NCBI GenBank assembly: GCA_021432655.1
Contig: MU271456.1
Location: 1 to 62,300 of the forward strand
DNA length: 62,300 nucleotides
Source of the DNA: Atractiella rhizophila
Lineage: Eukaryota
Direction of reading: 5' to 3'
The notes below the pieces were generated by a model. It ran no database searches. It was not told where the DNA came from and saw only the letters and a list, made by a program, of their open reading frames with translations. The position numbers were made by a program, and so were the translations under genes. Shown in pieces: positions 37,821-50,006 of this stretch (the stretch's first letter is position 1; the number at the start of each line of letters is the position of its first letter).

Positions 37821-40156
37821 CTAAACCGACAATTCCGTTGGAGCCTGAGGCAAACATATTGGATTTGAAGGTAAATCTGGTTCTGGGAGGATTGGTACCG
37901 CGGAGTGATAAGCTTGCGACTGGATCCCGTTCATCTTGGGCAGGGTTTCTTGATTAGGAGTTGTTGGTGTCAGGGGATCGAGTTTGTCGTTAGAAGGGTT
38001 TGATGTCACATTGTCAATTCCATTCGACACCACGCCAGCCTCATTTCCGTTAATCGCAGGGGTTTGCTGTGGTGGAGGAGGCGGATTGGACATTGAAGTG
38101 GCTGGCTGATCATTCATGTTTAACTCCGTAGCCTCTTCTCGTCCACCTTTCAAGATGCCTGACGCCCTTAAGAAATCAAACAGCACTCCAATCTTCTCTC
38201 TCCCACTCCCCAACGCTTCGAAAACATCCATAGCTTCCTCTCTCGTCATTCCGTCTCGGGCCATCCACTCTTGCATCAGGGTCGTCTTGAGGTATAAGAA
38301 GGGTTTTGGGAGGATTCGAAGCTTCAGAGCAAGTTGTTGTTCCGCTCTAGAAAGGAGATGAAGGGAAGATGAATTCGAGAACGTCGTCGTCGGCAGCGGT
38401 GGAACTTTCGGCGGAGCATCCGAAGCGGACTCTACCAGAGTGGATAACGAGTCCGGAGCTTTCTTCTTCGAACCCGCTTTCTCCCATAACGGGATAGGTC
38501 GACTAGCATTCTGTTTCGGCGTCTATGTCAGAAATTTGAACTAAATGTTATGATGTATACGCACCCGTTGTGTTTTGACAGTTTCGTACCTCTCCGCATC
38601 CGCAAATGTAGTGATTCCCATCCGTCGATACTCTTGAAGTTCAGCTATGCGTCGTCGCAACGTTGCTTCATCTGTATGCGTCACGTCACGTCATTAGTAC
38701 TCACACTTCAATGAAAGAGAAAGGGAAGACGGACAAAGCAATCCATCCACAAAGACCTCGTGATCCATCGCCGTCTGCACCTTAGCAAACACCTTGTACC
38801 GATTGACAATATCCTTCTGTTCCTTCGCCAGCTTGTTCTCCTTCGACTTTTGCTTCTTGTAATCCATGAGATTCCGATCAAAAATGAGCTCCTTTGCCTC
38901 CAGCCTCTTGTCATATCGATCATTGAAAATGTCCAGAACCGCAAGCTTGAGTTCAAGGTCCAGATCCTCTTCTTCCCATATCACCCCATCTGGATTAAGT
39001 TCCGGCTCCTCCGAATCTTTCTCCTTCTCCATTCCTTCCTCTTCTCCATCTCCACTACCTCCTTCGGCAGGACCAGACCCGTTGACGACTGTTTTTGTGC
39101 TCTTCATGCTTTTACTCGACACCTGACCTTTGCCTGATCTCGCTCCTCCTCCTCCTCCTCCTCCTCCTGCGCCTTCTCTTGCAGTGATATCCAATTCGAC
39201 CTCTCTACCATGCTCATCCACCAGTTTCTCAGGTTGGTCCGCCCCTCCCCACCTCCAAACCATTCCAAACTCTAGATCCTTGATGGAATGTTCCGCTTCG
39301 TTCTCCCACTCAACGTCAAACTCCAATCTGCCGGGCAAAACTCCTCCAACTTCGTGACATGACGGACCAGAGGCGAGAGGCTTAGGGGCTGGCATTGTTG
39401 GTGCGCGGGAAGCGTAGGACTCGATTCGACGTTTCTTTCGGAGATGAAAGGTCTCTCGCTCCATCTCTGCATCTGTCCGGCCCGCCTGCAGCAAAACAGA
39501 AAGCAGAAAGTCAAGCAGGATTCTTTTCGCGGTAGCCGACAACTCACGGGCACAAAGTTCTCCGCTGTTCCCTCAATGTATACTCGCAGATAATGCTCTT
39601 CAACTTCTTGCTTTGTCCGTGTACCAACGTGCTCAGCAATGTCGGCCCAGCTACCGATTCCGTATGTCTGACAAGCCTCGATGAGGAGCAGTTCTCTGCT
39701 CGTGGGTTTCGTTAGTTTCAAGCGAAAGAAGAATAGTTGACGCACTCATCAGCTCCCCAATCTGGATCGTATATTGGAAACGCCGGGTTCTCCTACACAT
39801 GGCAATTAGGGCAAGCCAAGGGAGGACGACGGTAAGGAGGGACTTACGACGATTGTGTAGTCATGCCAATTCTTATGCTTTCCCAGTTCCCTCCCTTCCA
39901 AAAAGCAGTTCCCACAAAGGTCAAAATCGTCGCATACGGCCACGTTCGAAGGCGATTCTTTCTGTGCACAATGGATTCGTACGGTGTGCGAGATGTCGGC
40001 TGAACATGCATCGCAAGTATATTCTACTGCTGCCTTTTTCGCGGAAGCGGAAGGCTCAGAGCTGGATGCTTCTGCTCTGATCCTCTTCCTCTTGGTCACA
40101 GTCTAGAGAATGAGTCAATTAACAGTCTGGGCGGGAAAGTGGAAGGGACGAACCAT
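37821..40156 (-). CDS. ADA2: Transcriptional adaptor Ada2 (ZZ zinc finger, SANT, SWIRM)
   Basis: [106 protein letters not shown]. Confidence 0.96.
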
Positions 40157-40401
40157 GACGGTTTATGCCTTCGGACGGATGTCAATCAGCTCTGCAGAGA
40201 CCACGTTAAGCGTTGGCCGTATGCACAAGGCGATTTTGAGCGCCAGAGAACCGTATTGCAGAGCGACAACGAGCCGAGTTTGGTTTCAATGAACCGTCCT
40301 TGTTCGCCACCTTCCTCAATTAGAATTTGTAAAGGCGGCAACTTCTTTTTGTGGACGTTTTAACAAACCATAAACCAAAAGCAAAATTTGGCTGAGGCAG
40401 A

Positions 40402-40893
40402 ATGGATCCTTACGAAGTGTTAGAACTGCCTAATGATTGCTCAGAAGCAGAAATACGCAGATCATACCATCGATTAATGCTGCAACATCATCCTGACAAA
40501 TCCACATCCAGCTCCCTCCTCGCCTCATCCATCATTGAAGCTTACTACATCCTTTCCGATCCAGAACGACGAAAATCTCACGACCGTGCATCTCGTAGGC
40601 AATCTTACGTCCATTGTTGGAAAGCTCATTAATTCTGTTTTGTAGGGGCGACAACAAAAAAATACATTCACAAAACGCTGTCTCTCTCTCAGTTTTCTCC
40701 CGAGCCTACAGAAGACGATCCAACATCTTTCTCATACCCTTCTCGCTGCGGAAACTCTCTTACGCTTCCCATAGAAGCATTGGAGGAAGCGCATGGGGAA
40801 GGGAAGAGCGAGGTGACAGTAAATTGTGAATGGTGTTCTGAACGAGTCGTCGTGCTTTTCCAGGTCGCGCCGAATGAATCGGAAGAAAAATAG
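40402..40893 (+). CDS. DPH4: Diphthamide biosynthesis protein 4 (J domain plus CSL/DPH metal-binding domain)
   Basis: MDPYEVLEL...QHHPDK...AYYILSDPERRKSHD; second exon ...FSYPSRCG...VNCEWCSERVVVLF...EEK*. Confidence 0.88.
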
Positions 40894-40926
40894 GGGAAGA
40901 GGAGGGGGAGGGATCTAGACGGGGCA

Positions 40927-43715
40927 TTAGAAGCCATACTCCCTCTCCCAGCCAGTTAAGTCCCTCTTTTCCGTCAACTCTCGCAGGTCCGGCCTGTTCA
41001 GACTTTCGACACCGTCACCAACATCAGCCTTCGTCGGCGAGAAAGGCAGGAAACGTACACCATGGCGCAAGTGCTTAGCGTGTCCCATAACAAGTCGCTC
41101 GTGACGCCCCCAGCTGCACCGTTCTCTCTTTCCTCCATCTGTATCCTCAACGCCTCCACGAGTTGTCTTCCGGCTTCTTGTGCTTGCTATACAGCACCAA
41201 CACGGTCCTTCAGCTATGTCGCTCTATCGCTCAGAAGAGGGGAGGAGGGAATACTCACGTTAAGGTTGAGCGCGCAGATGGCGACGTTATATCGCGCACG
41301 AGCGTAGGATGGTCGCAGTTCAATGGCTCGGAAGTAGTAATGTGATGCGTCTTCTGCTTTCCCACGATTGGCAAGTGTCGCTCCAATGCGGTTATACAAG
41401 ACCGGATCCTAATGTTATCCCAGTCATAAGTGAGCACAACATCATACTGAGGTATTCGAAAAACATACGTCTCCCCGAACACTTAAGGCAGCTTCAAAGC
41501 AATCACCTGCCTTCTCGTATTCATCGTTGCTATTGAACAAGACTCCAAGTACGATTTGAAGCTCAGGGTCAATCACTCCTTGTCCCGCTCCATGGTTTAC
41601 CATCTGAATAAGGTAGTGGACCAGAGCATCAAAAGCATGTTTCAATGTCGTTCCTTCCCCTTTCGTGAAAATGGGCTGCTCTTTGTAAGCCGGATTAGAT
41701 TGAGTAGAAAGGAGGATCCAGCGCTCGATGCAGTCGTACGCTCTCGTCCTTTGACTTTCGTTGGTCAATGATACGGCGAGGGCGAGCCAAGCACTAAAAC
41801 GCCCTGGATCAGGACCATATCAGGCGCGAGCGAGATGGAAGCTCACTCTTTGTTGTTGGGATCGAGCCTGACCGCCTCCTCCAGCGCTTCAATGGCGCCC
41901 CCCTCCCTCTCGTTTTCCTGCAACCTCAACCCGCGCTCCAACCAAGCATTCGAGTCGTTCGCATCCGCCTCCGCCTCTTTCGCAGCTTGCTGTGGATGAA
42001 GGAGCGAAGGAGCGAGATCGACGAAATGAAGTGCCGAATGGGCATCATGAGTCCTCGTGCTCGTCGGAATCTGCACCTCATCCACCTCCTTCAACCCCTC
42101 CAACTCCTCACCCATCGTCCTCCCCATCTCCATTTCCTTCTGAGACTCCATCAACCTCTCCCACTCCCACTCCTGCGTCCCCTCCCTCCACGCCAACCCA
42201 CCAACCTGTCCCTTCCCCACCTCCTTCCTCGCGCTCAAATCGACATAGGGAAACGGAGCGCCAACGATCGTTGCCGGGTCCCACTCCTCGTCCTGCTCTC
42301 CTTCGCCCAGATCCAAAGACTCTTCCCACTTCGAGGACGACCCCGGAACGCGTTCCATGTACTGGGAGAGCGAGCCGCCGTCTCCTTGGAAGGATCGCCA
42401 GGCTTCAGCTTCGAGTCGGTCGTGGTAGTCTTCTTCGAAGGAGGCGTTCATTTCTTCCATACCCTCGATCGTCGAACGCGCCATCGCTTCCGTCACTTCC
42501 GCAACTTCCATGTCCACCTCCCGTCCCTTCCCTTTCTCCTCCCTCGTCCATCCTCCGCCCATTCTTTGTTCGGACAACGGGGCGGGAGCAAAGGACACGG
42601 TCTTCCATCCCGCCTTCACGTTCACTCCGGTCTGATTCTCCAAAGCAGACGAGGAAGAGGAAGAGACGGGAACGACGTTCTCCCCTCTGACCTCCAACTC
42701 CCCATCCCTCAAACCACGCATCATCTCAAAGAACTCGCTCTTCCGAAACTTCTCTTCCCTCTCCGCCCTCAACCCTTCCTCCCTCCCATCAGCGACAGTG
42801 GAGAAGAGGGAGGATTCGGAGGTGGAGGTGGATGCAAGGTGGGATTCGGAGCGCGAGACGGTTTCGAGGAGGAGACGAGCAGTCGCGGATAGGTCGGTTG
42901 GTGTTGAGGGACGGTTGTCTTGAATTGGAGCAGAGGTGGTAATGGACGGTTGGGAGATGGCAGCGAAGGCGGAGGTCCAGGACTGCTCGGCTGTTTCGCC
43001 TTTATCAGTACACATTTAAGGAGCAATTTGAAGTGCGAAGCCAGTTCCACAGGGAATGTGGAAGGGAGCGAGAAAGGAAGGAGGGATACGGACCTCTATG
43101 TTGTTCTTCTAATCTTTGAAGCTCAAATTGTTGTTGCTGTTGGTGTTGCAGCACCTCATGTTGTTGCTGCTGAACGAACATCATCTCCCTCTCCCTCTCC
43201 ATCTCCCAATCCACACCTCCCATTCCCATTCCCATTCCCATCATTCCAACAGGCTGCATCTGAGCCTGAAAAGGAGCAGCATACCTCATGGGTGCCACAG
43301 CATGTGCCGCAGACGAAGTCGAACTGACAGGCGTCGCGCTCCTCTCTTGGAGAGCATTCACGTTCACATTCATATTCATCTGCGCCAAAGGCGTAGCGCT
43401 CCTACTCTTATTCAAAAAGTCCGCTCCCCATCCTGCGCCAGCCACACTGCCTTCCATTCCCTGACCCATGCCGCCTACATCCCCAGTTCCAGTTCGGAAC
43501 GCCATGAAGTCGCTCGCCCAGGCTGGAGCCTGTCCATTCTGACTGTTCACACCTGAAAACGCGGCGCGGGAGGTAGAGGGCGAGAAAGCACGTGAGGAGG
43601 CGTTGGGCGGCGGTTGGAAGGAGGAGGTGCTCGTGGAAGGGAAGGACTTGGTCAGCTGGCTGAGAGGGTTGGAGGGGCCACAGTCTGGGCCGCCGGTGAG
43701 GAGAGAGGATAGCAT
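40927..43715 (-). CDS. PEX5: Peroxisomal import receptor Pex5 (long form with a Pex7-binding-like segment and TPRs)
   Basis: N-terminal DCGPSNPL, WxxxF motifs (WASDF, WGADF, WTSAF), AWLERGLRLQENERE, IDPELQIVLGVLFN, LYNRIGATLAN, YARARYNVAICALNL; ends ...WEREYGF*. Confidence 0.92.
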
Positions 43716-44369
43716 CGTAGCTGGTAAATCTACTATGCTTCTATACTGACTATACTTATGTTGATCCTGAGCTGTATGGGAAATGTTATACTTGAAAGTA
43801 GAAATATATGAGACTCGGGAGCGTGAAGGCGTGAAATGCCGGATCGGCGTTTACAAATCATAACCGGATGATGCACAATGTTATCGCTTGTAGTAAAAAG
43901 AGCTCAGGACTGTCAGCTCAAAATTCTACAGCCAAGGAGTGCCTCTCGGATCTATAACTTGCAGCTCTGCGTTGCCCGTCCTCCCAGGGACTTATGTGGT
44001 TGATTCAAGAGATAACAATGGAGGAACCTACACCGTTTGGTAGAACCTATGACAAAGTATTATCTAGTTGAAGCCAGCTTTCAAGTTGGTGGAAGTTGTC
44101 TTGACCGTTGTCTTGCTTGACCTGGATCGCAATACAATCAGAAATAGTGTTTGTTCAAGTATCTCGTGCGTAAACTCCTTCTGTTCAACATTACATTCAT
44201 CAAAGCGCAAATGTGATTTTACCAAATTTCACGGTTATAAAAGTACTCCTTTCATTATGAGGCAAACTATGTGACTTTTCAGTCGAACTCCTCTTTGCGT
44301 TCAAGTTTAACAGTGAGCCTGAGATTCGCACAGGGGCACATTCATTCCTCATTCCGATTACAAAGACAA

Positions 44370-45332
44370 TTACACGAGCCTGTAGCCACCATCGACCTCA
44401 ATTCTCGTCCCGGTCACATACTTGCATTTCAAAACAAACAAGTACGCCTCCGCGACTTCCATCGGCTCAGCAACGTGTCCGACCAATAACTTCTCAGACA
44501 TCTTCTTGAACATTTCGTTTCTATCCACCTCCGGTATACCATCCCACCACTGGGTTTTGACCATGCTAGGAGATATGACGTTGACCCGAATCGGTGCAAG
44601 CTCGACCGCGAGTGCTGTACAGCCCAGTCAGCATCAAACATGGTGGAATGGTTTCTTGCCTCTCGTCCATCCATCTATGCATCCCGCCATCGCGCCCAGG
44701 ATAGTCCAATTAGGACCAGGCTTCACCAAAACGGAGCCTGGCAGCAGTTCAGCGAGAGCCTTATAGGGAGAGGAGACAGGTTGCGGACCAGCTGAGAGGG
44801 TGATAGAGCCTTGTGGTTTGATTTTTGCTGCCTGAATCGCATACCCAACCGAGAAGAATCCCAAGTGGAAAGGATCTAGCTCTAAAATGAATAACTATTT
44901 TCCTACGGTGAAAAAGGCCGCACCTTTGCTCCTGATTTTTGACAAATCCATCTCCTTCAAGGGCTTCAGCAGATCAAGTGATTCACGCTGAGCCGTGATC
45001 ACTAGATGATCGATCTGTCCAATTTCCTCAAAGAACCGATTCACATTTTGCTGCTGGGTAATATCTAGGACCTTGGCTACGATGCGGTTGCCTGGATCCA
45101 CGTTTCGGTCCCTCAAGTCTTTTGCGAGTTGTTTTGCAGCAGCATCGAGACGTTGAGCGTTAGAGGAGGCGATTATCACCTTCGAAGCTTGGTTCAGAAT
45201 CGAAAGGATGGCTAAGCTGTAACCGATTCCAGCAGATGCTGAGATTACTTCAGATTTTCGCCAATAAGAATTTTCAACACACGACTGCGTACCTCCAATT
45301 ATCACGACTGTTTCTCCTGCTAGAGTGGCCAT
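44370..45332 (-). CDS. Short-chain dehydrogenase/reductase (atypical fungal subfamily)
   Basis: LAGETVVIIGASAGIG, IDHLVITA, GSITLSAG, TRALAVELAPIRVNVISP, YVTGTRIEVDGG. Confidence 0.88.
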
Positions 45333-45420
45333 GTTGTTGTTTGATGACCCCAAACGCTATCTGGTGCTCTTCTGATTATTCCCAGGAGAGCAATCCAGTC
45401 TAATTTATACCACTATATAC

Positions 45421-45465
45421 TGCGGGACGCGCGCCAGCTCCATTGCGGGAGGTGCGCCAGCTCCA
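45421..45465. repeat. Imperfect 23-bp direct tandem repeat upstream of the SDR gene
   Basis: TGCGGGAcgcGCGCCAGCTCCA followed by TGCGGGAggtGCGCCAGCTCCA, adjacent to a TATA-like element on the minus strand. Confidence 0.7.
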
Positions 45466-46490
45466 CATCATTCATAATCAAAACAAGGAGTGGTCCAGCT
45501 CTTCAGCTTCGTCGTTTGAACCTCCACTCTCGCTGACTACTCCGCTGGACGATGCTGATGCTACTGTTCAAGCACGGAAACTTGTATGCGAGGGTATCCA
45601 CGATGGTACGTATCTACAAAGCAAAAACACTGTGCTGGTGTGCCACTAGCGCAAATGAATTGGACTCTACAGATGTAATTGTGCAATTTGCACAAGGTCG
45701 AAAATCTGTGATATGTGTGACGGCTGGATGCTCACGTTTGTGCTGATACAATAATTCATGCTCTCATTGTTACATTCGGTTAAATTGTTGCACGTCGCCC
45801 CATGCAGGTTATCTCACTATCAAGAGAAGGGAGAAAAGAGAGGCGGAGCAGAACACCACACATCTAATCAGCCCATCTCTCTCGCATCCACAAACCCACA
45901 AGACAGGACTACTTCAATGATCGCTTTTTAATTGATTTGGGAAAAGGGTTGAGCAACGCAATGCTACTACCGACTTCCGCAAAGGAGAAGGAACAACGTT
46001 ACAGCATATGATTTTGCATTCTAATGGACAATCACGACTTCTGAGCACATCGTCGCCAGGAGCGAAGCCGCCAGGGTGGCAAAGAAGATAATGAATTTAT
46101 GAAGATACAATTCTCAGACTCGGAGATCCAAGGTGGCATCACATCTCGAAGGCAGAGAAATGCTTGCACCACTCTAAATAGTGACCATGCCTTCATTTCC
46201 AATGTGCTTTTAAACTTGCGTTGAAGAGCTAGTAAATCTAGCATCTCACAGCAGGGTGGACCACTTTCAGCTGCCTCAATCCCCACCGCACTCCCAAGAA
46301 TCCTTCCTTCTCTCCTTCCATGGTGGATCAACCTGAGGGACTTGCCCTCCCAGTTGGCAGAGCGTAATGCATGAAATGAAATCCCTGCCAACGTTCACAA
46401 ACTTAGTACTGGATCATATACGATGTCAATCGTAGTGTCGGATAGTCAACCCTTCTTTAACGAGAGGCAGCAAGAAGCACAAGCAGCACC

Positions 46491-47017
46491 ATGTCACTCG
46501 AAAGTCGTATGCAAGCTGCGCGTCAAGAGTACGAAGATGCAGAGAACAGTGCGCTGTATTGTTATCGATGACTTTCCCAAACTGATGTAAAATCACAGGT
46601 CTTCAAAAACTCGTGACTTCCATCCAGAAGCTAAACACACAACAGCAAGAGAACCTCTCAGTGAAGAAAGAATTCGACCTGCTCACTCCCAACAACACCG
46701 TCTACAAGCTAATAGGGCAGGTTCTCGTTCGTCAGGAGCAGCAAGATGCGAAAGAGAACGTGAACAAGCGGTTGGAATTCATCACTGAGCAAATGCAAGT
46801 CCCTTCTCGTCTCTCTACACTCTGAAAGAACTCATCCCACCATTTATGGTTAGAAAACAAGTGGAATCGTCAATATCGGCGCAGCAAGAGAAAGCGGAAC
46901 AGAAAAAGTTGGAAGTGGGTGAGCAGATCGCCCCTTCTTCCTTCGCTGATCGGATGGAAACACCAGCTCGTCCAACTGCAGACACAACTGCAGCAAGCAC
47001 AACCGGGACCAAAGTAA
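46491..47017 (+). CDS. YKE2: Prefoldin subunit 6 (beta type)
   Basis: MSLESRMQAA...LNTQQQENLSVKKEFDLL...VYKLIGQVLVRQEQQDAKENVNKRLEFITEQIKQVE...QPGPK*; second intron is GC-AG. Confidence 0.93.
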
Positions 47018-47320
47018 TGCTTCAAGGGACTATCTTACTTGTAGAATGTGGAAAATGTATTGTTTTAACCAGGCTGATCTTACTTTCGAGCGCGAGCATT
47101 CGAGTAGAAATCTTTTCCAGCAGTTTCCATTTCCAGCCAACCAAGACATTGATCTTGGAGTAGATTGGAGGGCACCTCGATGATCCCAGGACCAACAATC
47201 GGTATGCAAGGCGACACAGCTGAGCTCGAAATCTTGAAGCAAGCAGAAACGACATAAATTAGCGCGTGAAGCATACTGTTTCGCACCGAAAGGACAGAAA
47301 TCCAAAATGGGTCTCAGAGA

Positions 47321-48205
47321 TCAATATCTTCTGTCCCTATCCCTATCCCTCCCATCCCTCCTCCTGTCACCATCCCTATCCCCTCCTCTCCTCCTATCTC
47401 TATCCCTATCCCTATCCCTATCGTCCCTCCGCCCAGAACTCCCGTTCCCGAATTCACCGCCAGCAGAAAACATGGCCATCTCCTTCTCCCTCTCCGCCGC
47501 CATCGGGTCCGGATTGAGGCGACGTTCGACGCGTTGTTGAGCTTGGAGTTGTTTGAGCAGGGGTGCGGAGGGGGCTTGGATATGCATAAAGTTACAGAAC
47601 CCGCCTCTATTGCATTCGCCTGTCACAGCGCCCATCACCACCTTCAATACAATGGAATAAAGGAGAGGAAGGAGAGACGCACCCATGTCGTTTTGTCGAC
47701 AACACGCTTCTCGAAAGTCCGTCACGGGAGATAGCTCGGCAAAGAGGGTCTACCCGCATACCACCTCCTGTTCAGCTCCTCCACCGCCTTCCCCGCCTCG
47801 TCCTCCCACTCGAACCTCGCATACACGTTCCCAATCAGATGGTCTCCCACATTATCACAGACGTGCATCTCGAGCAGGTGTCCGTACTTGACGAGCTCGC
47901 AGAAGACGTCCTCGTAGAAGGAGTCGAAGTAGGATTGGAGGTCTTCCGGTGTGAGGGAGCCGCTGTTGGAGGGATCGGTGTGGAGGGGATTTTGGAACAT
48001 GTTTTGGACTACGAGCGTTTGGGAGAAGGTTGGCTTGATGTGTTTTCGTGAACAGCGGTCTCCATGTCTGCAGGCGCCTATCTGGACCATTCCATCCGCG
48101 TTAACTGAGTGAAGTAAGATGGGAGGACAGACATACCTTGAGGTAGAAAGAACAGTTTACTTTGTCTTGCTCTGAGCCGTAGATTGCAGCAAGAGAAGAG
48201 GCCAT
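47321..48205 (-). CDS. U2AF1: Splicing factor U2AF small subunit (U2AF35); the assembly shows a 1-nt frameshift at about 47746-47748
   Basis: [83 protein letters not shown], RD-repeat tail. Confidence 0.95.
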
Positions 48206-48458
48206 CCTGTGTACTCTACTCCTTCAGGTGCTAATTAGGAATATATAGCAGAATGCCAACAGCTTGGTCGTTTTATGCACTGGCTGGGTGGCAAATTCCA
48301 ACTTCGAGAATGCGGACATCATCAACCAACATCAGTCATCTCCTCATCCTCACCTAAGCAGTACACTTGTAATAAATACAGAACACTCGTAATAAATCCA
48401 CCCAAGCAATCGACTCCTCAAACGCCATCCACGATACTCACCACAGACTATATCAAGA

Positions 48459-49511
48459 ATGGCATCAGAAGAGCCAGTAGCAATATTCAAGAAATCAAGC
48501 AAATCCCGCTCTTCCCTCCGAAGCAAGCAGCCTTCCCTTCCCTCTAGCAGCACCAGCGCCACCAACACGCGCACACGGGACTCAGACGGCGAAGAATCAG
48601 ACCCCGGAGTCGTGACGAAGAAACGCAAGCTGGGGCCCACAGCTCTTTCCGCGTCCACGACTTCGAAACGGCGGAAGAACGGGAGACAGAGGGAGGAGGA
48701 GTCGGACGATGAGGATACGGAGGTTGTAGGTGGCGACTTGGCCGTGAGGTACACGGTGTCTAAGAACCTCGCGTTCTCCAATCCTGCCCTAGCACGCTCG
48801 CGTAGTCCCTCTCCTTCAGCCTTGGCTGCTGGTGCGAGCGAAGAAGGAGGAAGAGCCGAATTCAGGGTTGTATACCGGTCGAAGAATGCTAAGCATCAGT
48901 TACCTACTGGAGGAGGGAGGTTTGGACCTCAGAAGGAGGGACCGGGGAATGTGAGGACGATTACTTTAGTGGATTACCAGCCGGATGTCTGTAAAGATTA
49001 CAAAGGTGCGATATCTTTTTCCTCATCGTGGAAGAAGAGATAGTGATATTCTTCGTTATTGGGACAAATAGAGACCGGGTTTTGTGGTTATGGAGACTCA
49101 TGTAAATTCCTACACGACCGTGGCGACTACCTACGCGGATGGGAGATGGACAACCAATACCTCTCCAACCCTTCCTTCACCTCCTCCTCCAATCCACAAC
49201 GCGCCGACACACCAGAAGAAGAAGAAGTCCCCTTCGCCTGCCTCCTCTGTCGCAAACCGTTCACTTCCCCCGTCGTCACCCGTTGCGGACACTACTACTG
49301 TCAGAGCTGTGCGATCGACAGGTTCAGGAAGACGCCGAGGTGTTTCGCTTGTGGAACGAATACCGGAGGCGTGTTTAATAAGGCGGAGAAGGTGTTGGAG
49401 GCGATGAAGAGGAGGAATGAGCGGAGAGGAGTCGGTGGTGGAGATGGCGAGGGTGAGAATGCGGGAGAGTTGGAAGGAGTGGAGGGGCTACAGGAGGAGG
49501 AGGAGGAGTGA
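48459..49511 (+). CDS. CWC24: Pre-mRNA splicing factor Cwc24/RNF113 (CCCH plus RING)
   Basis: [67 protein letters not shown]...CFACG. Confidence 0.96.
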
Positions 49512-50006
49512 ATGTGCGTGCTTCCTTTCCTGTCTAGGGAAAGTGTACCATTGCTGTTGCTCTTGTTTGGAATGAACAAAGGATCACATTTTCATGATCC
49601 CTTTCAAGCCAGCCAGAATGCACTGGTGGCAAATTACGTCATGCCTCAGTCGCAAGGAGAGAAGTACCAGAAACGACCAAAGATTGCTCATGAAGTCTGT
49701 AATTCGACATGTTAACGTCTCCATATGTTCAGCCAATGCTTCCAACTGCTCCAACCATGTCGCTTTGAGGCAAACTGGCTGCCTACTTGCCCGCCATCGT
49801 TCGAGAGATGCCTCATCATTAGCCTCGTTAGCCAGCCGCGGCGCTTATTGGCAACGAGGTGTAGGTGGAGAGGAGGGGATGCACAGAGGATTGAATAGTG
49901 TGAGAGGTGCCACAATCATTCATCCCACGAGCTTGAAACGGCAGTGAGATTATACTTCGCCCACTCTAAATGTCAAGTCGATTTGATCGAGGCAAACAGA
50001 GTCAAT

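Noticed and set aside
39143..39168. (CCT)n microsatellite, and (CTG)n near 5004-5021
   Set aside because: Ordinary coding poly-Gly (Ada2) and poly-Gln (AP180) tracts.
41987..42892. 301-aa and 232-aa plus-strand ORFs
   Set aside because: Antisense to the purine-rich PEX5 exon; Leu/Pro-biased artefacts.
46032..46391. 119-aa minus-strand ORF in a CpG-poor patch, possibly a transposon relic
   Set aside because: No ATG start, no recognisable transposase or RT motif, and no terminal repeats seen; cannot be supported without a homology search.
47335..47421. (CCCTAT)n-like repeats resembling telomeric CCCTAA arrays
   Set aside because: They encode the Arg-Asp repeat tail of U2AF1 on the minus strand.
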